64,000 bases of DNA. It comes from Myxococcales bacterium. Lineage in GTDB: Bacteria; Myxococcota_A; Polyangia; Polyangiales; Polyangiaceae. Shown piece by piece: positions 8,507-17,210 of this stretch. Location: assembly GCA_043747615.1 (NCBI GenBank), contig JAYTOU010000056.1:1-64000 (forward strand), in the 5' to 3' direction. How positions within the stretch are numbered: the first letter of the stretch is position 1; each line of letters starts with the position of its first letter. The translations under genes and the position numbers were made by a program. The notes under the pieces are model-generated. The model was not told where the DNA came from. It made no database searches and was given only the letters and a program-made list of their open reading frames with translations.

Positions 8507-10561
8507 ATGCGGATTGCCCTCACGCACAACCTGAAGCTGCGAAACTGCGAAGACGAGGCGGAGTTCGACTCGCCGGAAACGATCGACGCCATCGCGCGCG
8601 CGCTCAGCAAGGTCGGCCATCAGGTCGAGCGGCTCGAAGTGAGCGGCTCAGCCTCGCGTCTCGTCGCGCGGCTCGAGGCCTACGCGCCGGACATCATCTT
8701 CAATACGGCGGAGGGGCGGCGCGGAAAAATGCGACGCGGATTCTACCCCGCGCTCTTCGAGGAGCTCGGGATCCCGGCAACCGGCAGCGACGCGTACGCG
8801 CTGTGCGTGACCCTCGACAAAACGCTGACCAAGCGGATTCTATCGGGGTTTGGCATTCCTAGTCCGCGGAGCCGCTTCGTCACCCGCGCCTCCCTCGGCG
8901 AAGGCGGGTTCGACGACTTCTCCTTCCCCGTCATCGTCAAACCGAACTTCGAGGGCTCCTCGATGGGGATCACCCAGAGCAATGTGGCCGAAGATCCGAT
9001 CGAGCTCGGTCGAGTGGTCGATCAGCTCCTCGCGCGCTACCCGGAAGGGCTCCTCATCGAGCGCTACATCATCGGCACCGACATCCGCGTTGGGCGGATC
9101 GACGGCATCGGCAAGCTTCCGCCCGCCGAGCTGGTGGTCGACCCTTCGTACAAACGCAAATTCGACATCCTCGATTACGCGCTCAAGAACAAGGATCTTT
9201 CGTTCGTGTCTTCCCGAGTGCCCGCGAGCTTGGATTCCAAGGTCATCGAGCGGGTGCGTGATCTCGCCGATCGGGCGTTCGATGCGCTCGGCATGCGGGA
9301 TTGCGCGTCTTTCGATTTTCGGGTGGGGCGCGACGGCGAAGTCTATTTCTTGAGCGCGACGGGGCTCCCCAATTTCGATACGTCGGCGGCGCTCTTCGCT
9401 GCCACGGCTCACATCGGCCTCGATTACGACACGACCATACTCGCTGTCCTGCGTGCGGCGGCGGCGCGTTCCGGTCTCCTCGCCATCCTCGACGCGACCA
9501 AAGCGCGCCCCAAGACCAAGCGCACCACGCTCCGGGTCGGCCTCGCCTTCAACATGAAACGCATCGACTCGCACGGAGGCGACGACCGCGAGGCCGAGTA
9601 CGACTCGCCGTCCACGATCGAGTCCATCACGCAGGCCATCGAGAGTCACGGCCACACCGTCGTGCCGCTCGAAGCGAACATCGATTTCCCGCGCGCGCTC
9701 TTGGCGTCCGGGGTCGACCTCGTCTTCAACATCGCCGAGGGGATCAGCGGAAGAAATCGCGAAGCCCAGGTGCCGAACCTGTGCGAGCTCCTCAACGTGC
9801 CGTACACCGGCAGTGACTCGGCGACCTTGAGCATCTGCCTCGACAAGGCCCTCGCCAAGCGAATGCTCCGCGACGTAGAGACCCCGGCGTTTCAGGTGCT
9901 GCTCACGGGACGCGAGAAATTACGGCCGTTTCGCTATCCGGTGATCGTCAAGCCGAACGCCGAAGGGACGAGCAAAGGCATCACCGCGAAGAGCGTCGTC
10001 GACGACGAGCAAGGCGTGCGAGAAGTCGCGCGAGACATCATCGAACGCTACGGACAGCCCGCCCTCATCGAGGAATACATCACCGGCCGCGAGTTCACGG
10101 TGGGCCTTCTCGGCGAGAAGAGACCGCGGGTCCTTCCGCCGATGGAGGTCGTCTTCCTCAAGGAGACCGCGCGCCCGGTGTACGACTACGAGTGCAAGCA
10201 AGACTGGCAGAACCACGTCCGCTATGAGTGCCCTGCGTCGCTCACGAAGGACGAGCTCAGGGCGATGGAGAAGATCTGCCGCTCGACGTTCACCACTCTC
10301 GGCTGCCGCGATGTCGCGCGGATCGATCTCCGCTTGCGAAAAGACGGAACGGTCTTCGTCATCGAGGTCAACCCGCTCCCCGGCCTCACCCCGGACTACA
10401 GCGATCTCTGCTTGATCGCGAACGGCGCGCGCATGGAGTACCGCACGCTCATCGGAGAGATCCTGAGCGGCGCGATGAAGCGGTGGCGCGAGCGAAACGA
10501 AGGCGAATCGCGCGAGGACGCGCCGAAAGACGTGACGCCCGAAATCGCCCAAGTGAACTGA
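8507..10561 (+). CDS. Tandem D-Ala-D-Ala-ligase-like ATP-grasp protein (two full domains)
   Basis: Two copies of AE[FY]DSP.TI, FN.AEG, P.TGSD, LDK, PVIVKPN.EG.S.GIT and IE.YI.G; the second domain begins near 9530. Confidence 0.9.
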   Translation: MRIALTHNLKLRNCEDEAEFDSPETIDAIARALSKVGHQVERLEVSGSASRLVARLEAYAPDIIFNTAEGRRGKMRRGFYPALFEELGIPATGSDAYALCVTLDKTLTKRILSGFGIPSPRSRFVTRASLGEGGFDDFSFPVIVKPNFEGSSMGITQSNVAEDPIELGRVVDQLLARYPEGLLIERYIIGTDIRVGRIDGIGKLPPAELVVDPSYKRKFDILDYALKNKDLSFVSSRVPASLDSKVIERVRDLADRAFDALGMRDCASFDFRVGRDGEVYFLSATGLPNFDTSAALFAATAHIGLDYDTTILAVLRAAAARSGLLAILDATKARPKTKRTTLRVGLAFNMKRIDSHGGDDREAEYDSPSTIESITQAIESHGHTVVPLEANIDFPRALLASGVDLVFNIAEGISGRNREAQVPNLCELLNVPYTGSDSATLSICLDKALAKRMLRDVETPAFQVLLTGREKLRPFRYPVIVKPNAEGTSKGITAKSVVDDEQGVREVARDIIERYGQPALIEEYITGREFTVGLLGEKRPRVLPPMEVVFLKETARPVYDYECKQDWQNHVRYECPASLTKDELRAMEKICRSTFTTLGCRDVARIDLRLRKDGTVFVIEVNPLPGLTPDYSDLCLIANGARMEYRTLIGEILSGAMKRWRERNEGESREDAPKDVTPEIAQVN

Positions 10562-10605
10562 GTCTCCTCCCCACGCGGCCTCGTGTCGCGTACCCTCGCG
10601 GCCGC

Positions 10606-12621
10606 ATGCGACGCCCGGCGGTCTTCACCTCTCTTCTCCTCGTGCAGCTCGGTCTCAGCCTTGCGCGTAGCGCGTCTGCCCAGACGATTCCTTCCGTCGA
10701 CGTTCGTACCTGGCGGCCTTCGACCGATCCTCACGCGGGGATGATCCTCGAGCCGGCCACCACACCTGGACCCTGGAACTGGAACGTCGGCGCCTGGCTG
10801 AATTACACCCACCATCCGGTGACCCTTCGCCGCGCGGGGACGGACAACGTGGCCCTCCGCCCGGTGTCCGCGCTCTTCGGCGCAGACCTGGTCGCGGGGC
10901 TTGGGGTGGGGTCGCGCGCGGCCATAGGCATCGACCTTCCTATGTACCTCTATCAGGACGGCTCGAACGGGCTGCCCCGCACCGTGTCGTCATCGAGCAA
11001 CGTGCCGAACAGCGGCATCGGCGACATCTCCTTTGCCGGTAAGGGATCCATCATCGCGAACGAAGCGGGCGGTTTTGGTCTCGCGGCGCTCGGCAATCTT
11101 TCCCTTCCCACCGGCGAGCGCACCAGCTTCATGGGCGACGGCTCGGCGCGCGTGGGAGCACGCTTGCTTGCAGAATACACGCTTCTGATCGCGGGGATCC
11201 AAGGCAGCGTCGGCTACAACGCGCGCACCGATCACCACGTCTGGCCGGATGCGAGCGTCGGCGGCATTACGTTCGGCGACGAGATCCCCTGGACGTTCGG
11301 CGTGCAGCTACGCCCCGGAGTCTTTCGGCTCGACAAGGACAACCGCCATATCTGGGAGCTCGGGCTTCACGGCTCGCTCCCCGCCGGGCCGGTGGGTCTC
11401 TTCGGCGCGGGGCAACCCGGCAGCGCGGCGCTCTCGCCGGTGCTTCTCACCGCATCCGATCGCATGGCGCTCGGTCACGATCGCGACACGCACCTGCTCG
11501 CGGGCGTCGACATCGGGCTGAACGGAGCCGTCGGCGTTCCCACGTTTCGCTTCGTCCTCGGCCTCGGCTGGGCTCCACGCGAGCACGACATGGACCACGA
11601 TGGCGTGCCCGACGACGTCGACCAATGCCCGGAAATTCCAGAGGATCGTGACGGCTTCGAAGACGATGACGGATGTCCGGACATCGACAACGACAACGAC
11701 GGCATCGTCGACAAAGAAGATTTCTGTCCGAACGTCGCGGGCGTCTCGCAGCCTGGAAACAAGAACGGCTGCCCCCTGAGCGACAGCGACGGTGACGGCG
11801 TCGCCGACGATGTCGACGCGTGCCCCCAAGTAAAAGGAATCAAGACCGAGGACCCCAAGACGAACGGGTGCCCGGCGAGCGATCGCGACAAGGACGGCAT
11901 CCCCGATCACCTCGACAAGTGCCCCGACCAACCCGAAGACAAGGACGGCTTCGAGGACGCTGACGGCTGCCCCGATCCAGACAACGACGGCGACGGCATC
12001 CCCGACAAGCTCGACGCGTGTCCCATGGTGGCCGGCGAGCCCTCTACGGACCCGACGCGCAACGGATGCCCCAACCCCGATCGCGACGGCGACACATTCC
12101 TCAACGAGACGGATCAATGCCCCGACGTGGCGGAGATCTTCAACGGCGTGAGCGACGAAGACGGCTGCCCGGACGAAGGCGGAAAGCCGCTGATGGTCAT
12201 CGACCCAAAGGATCAGCGGCTCGGCATCAACTTCGCGACTCCGATTAAATTCATCGGTACGGCGGAGGCTCCGCTCGTCGATCCGCGAAGCATGACGACC
12301 CTGCGCGCGCTCGCCCAGGAGCTCAATCGTCATCGCGACTGGACGCTCGCGGTCGGCGCGAAGCCCGACACAGACTCCGCCCGATTCCCGACACACGCGC
12401 CCGCCAAATCGCGAGTCATCGTGCTCACGATCGTCGAGCTCACGCATCGTGACGGCGCTGCGGAGGTGGTGGGTTGGGACGCCGTACGAAAGCAGCCTGG
12501 CGCGGAAGCGAACGGCCTTGGATTTTTGGTAATGGCGGCACCGCCGCAGCCGTCAGCCGAGCCCGCGAAACCGCTTTCCGCAAAACCCACGACGACTCCG
12601 ACGACCGCGCCGAAGAAGTAG
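10606..12621 (+). CDS. Outer-membrane beta-barrel + thrombospondin type 3 repeats + degenerate OmpA-like domain (TraB-like architecture)
   Basis: Signal peptide; barrel-like N-terminal half; many DxDxDGxxDxxDxCP / EDxDGFEDxDGCPD repeats; C-terminal alpha/beta domain. Confidence 0.8.
   Translation: MRRPAVFTSLLLVQLGLSLARSASAQTIPSVDVRTWRPSTDPHAGMILEPATTPGPWNWNVGAWLNYTHHPVTLRRAGTDNVALRPVSALFGADLVAGLGVGSRAAIGIDLPMYLYQDGSNGLPRTVSSSSNVPNSGIGDISFAGKGSIIANEAGGFGLAALGNLSLPTGERTSFMGDGSARVGARLLAEYTLLIAGIQGSVGYNARTDHHVWPDASVGGITFGDEIPWTFGVQLRPGVFRLDKDNRHIWELGLHGSLPAGPVGLFGAGQPGSAALSPVLLTASDRMALGHDRDTHLLAGVDIGLNGAVGVPTFRFVLGLGWAPREHDMDHDGVPDDVDQCPEIPEDRDGFEDDDGCPDIDNDNDGIVDKEDFCPNVAGVSQPGNKNGCPLSDSDGDGVADDVDACPQVKGIKTEDPKTNGCPASDRDKDGIPDHLDKCPDQPEDKDGFEDADGCPDPDNDGDGIPDKLDACPMVAGEPSTDPTRNGCPNPDRDGDTFLNETDQCPDVAEIFNGVSDEDGCPDEGGKPLMVIDPKDQRLGINFATPIKFIGTAEAPLVDPRSMTTLRALAQELNRHRDWTLAVGAKPDTDSARFPTHAPAKSRVIVLTIVELTHRDGAAEVVGWDAVRKQPGAEANGLGFLVMAAPPQPSAEPAKPLSAKPTTTPTTAPKK
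11581..12180 (+). repeat. Thrombospondin type 3 (Ca-binding) repeat array
   Basis: DMDHDGVPDDVDQCP, DNDNDGIVDKEDFCP, DSDGDGVADDVDACP, DRDKDGIPDHLDKCP, DNDGDGIPDKLDACP, DRDGDTFLNETDQCP. Confidence 0.9.
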
Positions 12622-14784
12622 ATGCGTCGTCTTGCCGTCGTCCTCGGGTCGTTGACGATCACGGCGAGCGCGCTCGGTCAGCCCGGCCCTACGCGGCGTC
12701 CGTTTCCGCTTCCCACCCAGGCTGCTCCGTCGCCGCCTCCGATCGTGACGGCGTCGCCCACCGATCCCACGACCGATCTCCGTGCTCATTTCGGAGCCGA
12801 CGTAGCTGGTCGCTTGATCCGTTCGAGCGACTCCGAGGAACGCCTGCGAGGCATCGCGCGCGCAGCGGCAACGGAGTCGCCGGAGGGGATGGCCCTGCTG
12901 GTGCAGGCAGCGGAGTCCACGGGAGTCGTGCGGGGAGATGCGCGCGCCATGATCGCCGTTGCCCGCGGTCTGGCGGCTTTCGCCGATCAGGCAACCGGCA
13001 GAGCGGCGCTGGTGTCGCTCGTGAACGCTCCTCCTTCTTCACCGTCTGTGCGCTCGCGCCCTGGGCAGAACGAGACGCCGATCGACGAAGCCGAGCACGC
13101 GGCACGTCTCCAGCTTGCCCGGCAGACGGCGGCTCTCGCGCTCGCGGGGGTGGGCGATGCAAAGTCGATCGACGCCCTCGTAGGCGTCGCGCGCGCCGGG
13201 GGGATCGGGCAATCCTCCGCCATTTTGGCGCTCTCCGCATTTCCGCTCTCCCAACCGAACGGCCTGGCTCTCGGAACGCTGATGACCCCGGCGAGCATTC
13301 GTCTGGTCACTGATCTCGGCGATCTGCGTGCCCTCGAGGGGATCCGGGCCGCCGCAAAATCGAGCGATCTTCCGACGCGGACGACGGCGATCATCGCCCT
13401 CGGAGAAATGGGGGACGCCCGCGGCATCGTGATCGCTCGCGAAGCGATGAACGAAAAAGACGCACGGGTCCGCGCTGCTGCCGGCCGAGCGCTCGTGCTC
13501 CTCGATGCGGCGGAGCGTTTTCAAGCTGTGGAAGCGTTGATCGGAGACGACGCAACGGCAGCCGCGGGCGTCCTTCTCGCCCAGCGCACGAGCAACGACA
13601 AGATCGCGCAGGCCCTCGCGGCTCGGGCGGTGGCCTCCGCCGATCCCGAGCTGCGTGCAAATGCCGTCGTGGCGCTCGGACGGAGCGTTTCTGCCGATGC
13701 TCTCAAAGCGCTCGATGCGCTGATGCAGGACGCGCGGCTGGACGGTGACGCCGCCCACGCGCTCGGGCACTCGGCAAACCCTGGAGCGCTGGGAGTGCTC
13801 GAAAGATGGGTCGGTGCGAGCGATCGCGCGAAGAGAAGGCTCGCGCTCCGGGCCTACGTGGTGCGCGCGGCGAGCCGTGGAGAGCGCAGCGACGTCGCTC
13901 TTGCGGCCCTTGAACGCGCCGCGATGTCACGAGATCCGCGCGATCGAGCGCTCGGCGTTTTCGCGCTGGTGGTCCTCGGGAAGCGCTCGCTCGAAGATGC
14001 GCTCGCCGAGCAAGATCCAAAAGTACGACGTGCGGCGGCGATGGCCTCGCTCGCCGTTGATCGCGAAGAGCACCGGCAGCTTCTCCTCGCACGGATCGCG
14101 AAAGAGCCGGACGCGGTGACCCGTCAGGTGCTCGCGATCGGCCTTTTGGAAGGCGATCCACGAGGTGTGCTGACGACACTGATGCTCGTCGATCGCTCGG
14201 AATCGGGCGAGTCGGACGCCCCGCTCGCGGCGATGGCCCTCGCCGAGCGCAGGACCGCCGCGCAAGATCCGGAGGTCAACGCTCTTCTCGGTTCGCACGA
14301 CCCTGTGATCCGTGCTCACGCCGCGCGCGGGCTCGGGAGAACCGCCGCGCCCGACGCCGTCGGCCGGCTCGCCGCTGCGTACGCGTACGAAGTCGAGCCG
14401 TCGGTGAGGCGCGCCATCGTCGTTTCTCTCGCCGAGCACACCGGCTCGGACGCCATGGCCCCGGCGCGGCAAGGTGTCCTTCGCCTTGCCTCGCGCCTCG
14501 ATCCGGATCGCATGGTCCGCTGGATCGCCGCACGAGCGCTCGTCAACGCGCCCGCCCCCACCACCGCCGAACCCAGGGAAATGAGCTGGATTCGCATCAC
14601 CACCGCCGGCGGCGGAGGCGCTCTTCCGACCAACGTCGTTGGCGCGCTCGTCAGGGCCGATGGCGTCGCGGTGCCAATCGCCTTCGACGACGATGGTTAC
14701 GCGCTCGTTCCGGGCGTCCCCCCCGGCGAAGCGCGGCTTTACCTTGCGCCACGGGTTACGGCATACGACGCTGGCAAGAGATGA
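12622..14784 (+). CDS. Exported HEAT-repeat protein with C-terminal beta domain
   Basis: Signal peptide; repeated D..VR.AA..AL motifs; C-terminal GALVRADG...DDDGYALVPGVPPG. Confidence 0.8.
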   Translation: MRRLAVVLGSLTITASALGQPGPTRRPFPLPTQAAPSPPPIVTASPTDPTTDLRAHFGADVAGRLIRSSDSEERLRGIARAAATESPEGMALLVQAAESTGVVRGDARAMIAVARGLAAFADQATGRAALVSLVNAPPSSPSVRSRPGQNETPIDEAEHAARLQLARQTAALALAGVGDAKSIDALVGVARAGGIGQSSAILALSAFPLSQPNGLALGTLMTPASIRLVTDLGDLRALEGIRAAAKSSDLPTRTTAIIALGEMGDARGIVIAREAMNEKDARVRAAAGRALVLLDAAERFQAVEALIGDDATAAAGVLLAQRTSNDKIAQALAARAVASADPELRANAVVALGRSVSADALKALDALMQDARLDGDAAHALGHSANPGALGVLERWVGASDRAKRRLALRAYVVRAASRGERSDVALAALERAAMSRDPRDRALGVFALVVLGKRSLEDALAEQDPKVRRAAAMASLAVDREEHRQLLLARIAKEPDAVTRQVLAIGLLEGDPRGVLTTLMLVDRSESGESDAPLAAMALAERRTAAQDPEVNALLGSHDPVIRAHAARGLGRTAAPDAVGRLAAAYAYEVEPSVRRAIVVSLAEHTGSDAMAPARQGVLRLASRLDPDRMVRWIAARALVNAPAPTTAEPREMSWIRITTAGGGGALPTNVVGALVRADGVAVPIAFDDDGYALVPGVPPGEARLYLAPRVTAYDAGKR

Positions 14785-15047
14785 GCGACACCCCTCCGCC
14801 TCCCGCTTCGAAAGCCCCGTCGTTCGAGCAGTCGGTCGCGCGCCTCACGGCGATTGTCCAAGCCCTCGAGAAGGGGGATCTCCCGCTCGAAGAATCGGTG
14901 CGGCTCTTCGAAGAAGGCGTGAAGCTTTCGATCTCTTCGCAAGCGCGGCTCGATGGCGCTCAGAAGAAAGTCGAGCAGCTCCTCGGCGTTGATGAGTCGG
15001 GCCGGCCGCGGGTCGCCGCCTTTGCAACGCGCGGCGAAGAGGACTGA
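14781..15047 (+). CDS. xseB: Exodeoxyribonuclease VII small subunit
   Basis: SFEQSVARLTAIVQALEKGDLPLEESVRLFEEGVKL...LDGAQKKVEQL. Confidence 0.93.
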   Translation: MSDTPPPPASKAPSFEQSVARLTAIVQALEKGDLPLEESVRLFEEGVKLSISSQARLDGAQKKVEQLLGVDESGRPRVAAFATRGEED

Positions 15048-15062
15048 GAAGCGCGCGCCCGC

Positions 15063-15084
15063 GCGGGAATTTCGCCCGTTTTTT
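15063..15084 (+). terminator. Possible weak intrinsic terminator after xseB
   Basis: gcggg-aatttcg-cccg followed by tttttt. Confidence 0.3.
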
Positions 15085-15110
15085 CGCTCTATGCTAACAA
15101 TCGCCACCTT

Positions 15111-16034
15111 ATGAACGCGCGAAAAGCTGACGCACCGCTCATCATCGACCTTCCGAAGGCGCGGGCCGACCAGCCATCGTGGGTGAAGGTCGGGGCCATC
15201 GCCGCGGTCGGATTCGTCATCGGCGTCGCCTGGCCGAGGCTGACCGGCATTCGACTCGGCCCGGCTGCCCCCGGTGAATCCGCTCCCGCGAGCTCCGCTC
15301 CACCGCGCGCCGTCGACGCTCCCTCCCCCGTTCCCGTTGCTCCGCCGAGCGTGCCCGCGGGCACCGTGGCGAGCGCCACAGCCCCGACTCTCGTTCCCGT
15401 CATAACGACCGGCCGACCCACGGTCGCGGTAAGACCAGGCGTCACGCTGTCCTGCAAGACGACGGACGGCGAGGCGCTCAAGGGCAAAGCGTGCGGCGCG
15501 TTCACGTTCGATTCGCTGGCGCTTCCCCGCCTGAGAAAGCTCTCTCAGTGCCAGGCCGCAGACGGGGCGGAGGGAAAGCTCTCCACCATCTTCAACGTCG
15601 ATTTCGCGAACAACAAAGTCGACGTTTTCGTCGGCCGGTCCTCGACGGTCGGTAACCTCGACACCATCGCCGGCTGCTTGCGCCAAAGCCTCGAGAGCGT
15701 GTCGCTTGCCCCCATCGAGCACGAGCACGCCCGCTACCAAGTCGCGTACTCGGTTCAATTGTCGACGAAGGCTCCCTCCACTCCCGCCGCCGCCGGAGGA
15801 ACGCCGGGCAGCACGCCGGTAGCCGCAAAAGAAGAGGCCGCATCCGGCGACGCGCAGGTCGTGTGGGAAGTGGCCATCGTCCGCGACACCCCGCGCACCG
15901 GCCAGGTCGTCGCCCGGCTCCAACGCGGGACGAAGATCCACGTCGGCTCGACGCAGGAGGGCTGGTACCGCGTGAAATACGGCACGACCTTCAACGACGA
16001 AGGCTGGGTATACCGCGGCGCTATTGGAAAGTAG
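15111..16034 (+). CDS. Single-pass membrane protein: Pro-rich linker, Cys-paired periplasmic domain and C-terminal SH3b domain
   Basis: TM VGAIAAVGFVIGVAW; SH3b AIVRDTP..GQVVARLQRGTKI...EGWYRV...EGWVY. Confidence 0.75.
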   Translation: MNARKADAPLIIDLPKARADQPSWVKVGAIAAVGFVIGVAWPRLTGIRLGPAAPGESAPASSAPPRAVDAPSPVPVAPPSVPAGTVASATAPTLVPVITTGRPTVAVRPGVTLSCKTTDGEALKGKACGAFTFDSLALPRLRKLSQCQAADGAEGKLSTIFNVDFANNKVDVFVGRSSTVGNLDTIAGCLRQSLESVSLAPIEHEHARYQVAYSVQLSTKAPSTPAAAGGTPGSTPVAAKEEAASGDAQVVWEVAIVRDTPRTGQVVARLQRGTKIHVGSTQEGWYRVKYGTTFNDEGWVYRGAIGK

Positions 16035-16052
16035 CAGCCTGCCGAACGTCGC

Positions 16053-16568
16053 CTAGGGCTTGAGCGTGATCCCTAGCACCAGGATCCCGTCGTTGTAACT
16101 TTGCCCCGCGACGAAGAACGGCTCGTTAGCTGCGGCCGTGACCTCGAGGAGCTTCAAGAAGGCAGGGCCGCCGGGCTGACTGATGGCCGCGGAAATCCGG
16201 AAGCGCTTCTCGGGCGTGACGTCGATCAGCGTTACCTGGAGAACGCGACCGTTGACGATGGGATACTCCACCGATTTTCCCCGCTCGAGGGGGAGGGATT
16301 TCTTGTCGAGCAATTTGTAAGTGTTGTACGCGCTGAACGGGGGCTTCTTCAGCTGCGGCATGCTGCCTACGGCCGGATCGATCGACCCTTTTCCGTCCAG
16401 CACTTGGGTCGCGTGGAGCACCATGATTTCGGCGCTCACCGGCTTCGGCTGCGCATACGCGTCCGGCACGGTAGCGGTCACGAACGTAGCGGTGGCGACG
16501 AGAGCCGCGAGACCCATCGACGCAAGGCCTCTGCGACCAAACGGGCGATTAGACAGTTTCATGCTCAT
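16053..16568 (-). CDS. Exported hypothetical protein encoded after the anti-sigma gene
   Basis: Signal peptide ending AYA; 3 bp from the anti-sigma stop. Confidence 0.75.
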   Translation of the reverse strand: MSMKLSNRPFGRRGLASMGLAALVATATFVTATVPDAYAQPKPVSAEIMVLHATQVLDGKGSIDPAVGSMPQLKKPPFSAYNTYKLLDKKSLPLERGKSVEYPIVNGRVLQVTLIDVTPEKRFRISAAISQPGGPAFLKLLEVTAAANEPFFVAGQSYNDGILVLGITLKP

Positions 16569-16571
16569 GAC

Positions 16572-17210
16572 TCACAAGCCTCTCTGGTTGTCGCCGATCC
16601 AAACGACCACACTCGTTGCCGCACTATTGCCGTTTTCCGTGAGGCTCTCGGCGACCGCCGGCACGTAGAAGACGGAGACTTCGTGCGACGGTGACTCGAC
16701 GTGATCGAGCTCCACGCCGCCCGGTTCGCTCAGGGCTGCCGGCGGGACGGGAGCGACCGCAACGACTTCGGGCTCAGGCGCCGGCGGGGGCGGGTTTTTC
16801 GCGGCGGCGATACCCTGGCGAATCAATTCCGCCGTCTCTAATTTTTCGGGAGTTGCCGCGAAGTCGGGGGCGAAAAGCGCCCAGCCAGCGGCGATTGCTA
16901 TGAGCGCGGACGCGAGACCCGCTGCCGCTCCCCGCAGCAACCGCACGGGGCGCTCTTCGTCTTTGGGTACGGGCAGCGTGGACACGGCCTTCATGACCGC
17001 GTCGACGATTCCATCGACGTCGACCGTCGGTGCGGGGCGATCCGCCGAGCTGATCTGCACGCACTCGGTGAGCGTCTGCATCGCGTCCAGGACTTTGCGG
17101 GCTTCTGCGTCGCGAGCGACGAGCTTCTCGATGCGTTTTGCCGTGCTGCCATCGAGCTCGCCGTCGGCATAGGCCATGAGGTCGAGCATCGTCTGTTCGG
17201 AGAGGCTCAC
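16572..17210 (-). CDS. Membrane-anchored anti-sigma factor
   Basis: N-terminal LMAYADGELD...RIE anti-sigma domain without a HxxxCxxC motif; one TM helix; overlaps the sigma stop. Confidence 0.8.
   Translation of the reverse strand: MSLSEQTMLDLMAYADGELDGSTAKRIEKLVARDAEARKVLDAMQTLTECVQISSADRPAPTVDVDGIVDAVMKAVSTLPVPKDEERPVRLLRGAAAGLASALIAIAAGWALFAPDFAATPEKLETAELIRQGIAAAKNPPPPAPEPEVVAVAPVPPAALSEPGGVELDHVESPSHEVSVFYVPAVAESLTENGNSAATSVVVWIGDNQRGL

Noticed and set aside
8507..10561. Assigning the gene symbol ddl
   Set aside because: It lacks the GGxSxE/LHG motifs of true Ddl and belongs to a Ddl-like subfamily of unknown specificity.
4749..12621. traA/traB kin-recognition pair
   Set aside because: The MYXO-CTERM protein lacks the Cys-rich repeats of TraA and lies 5 kb and four genes from the TraB-like gene.
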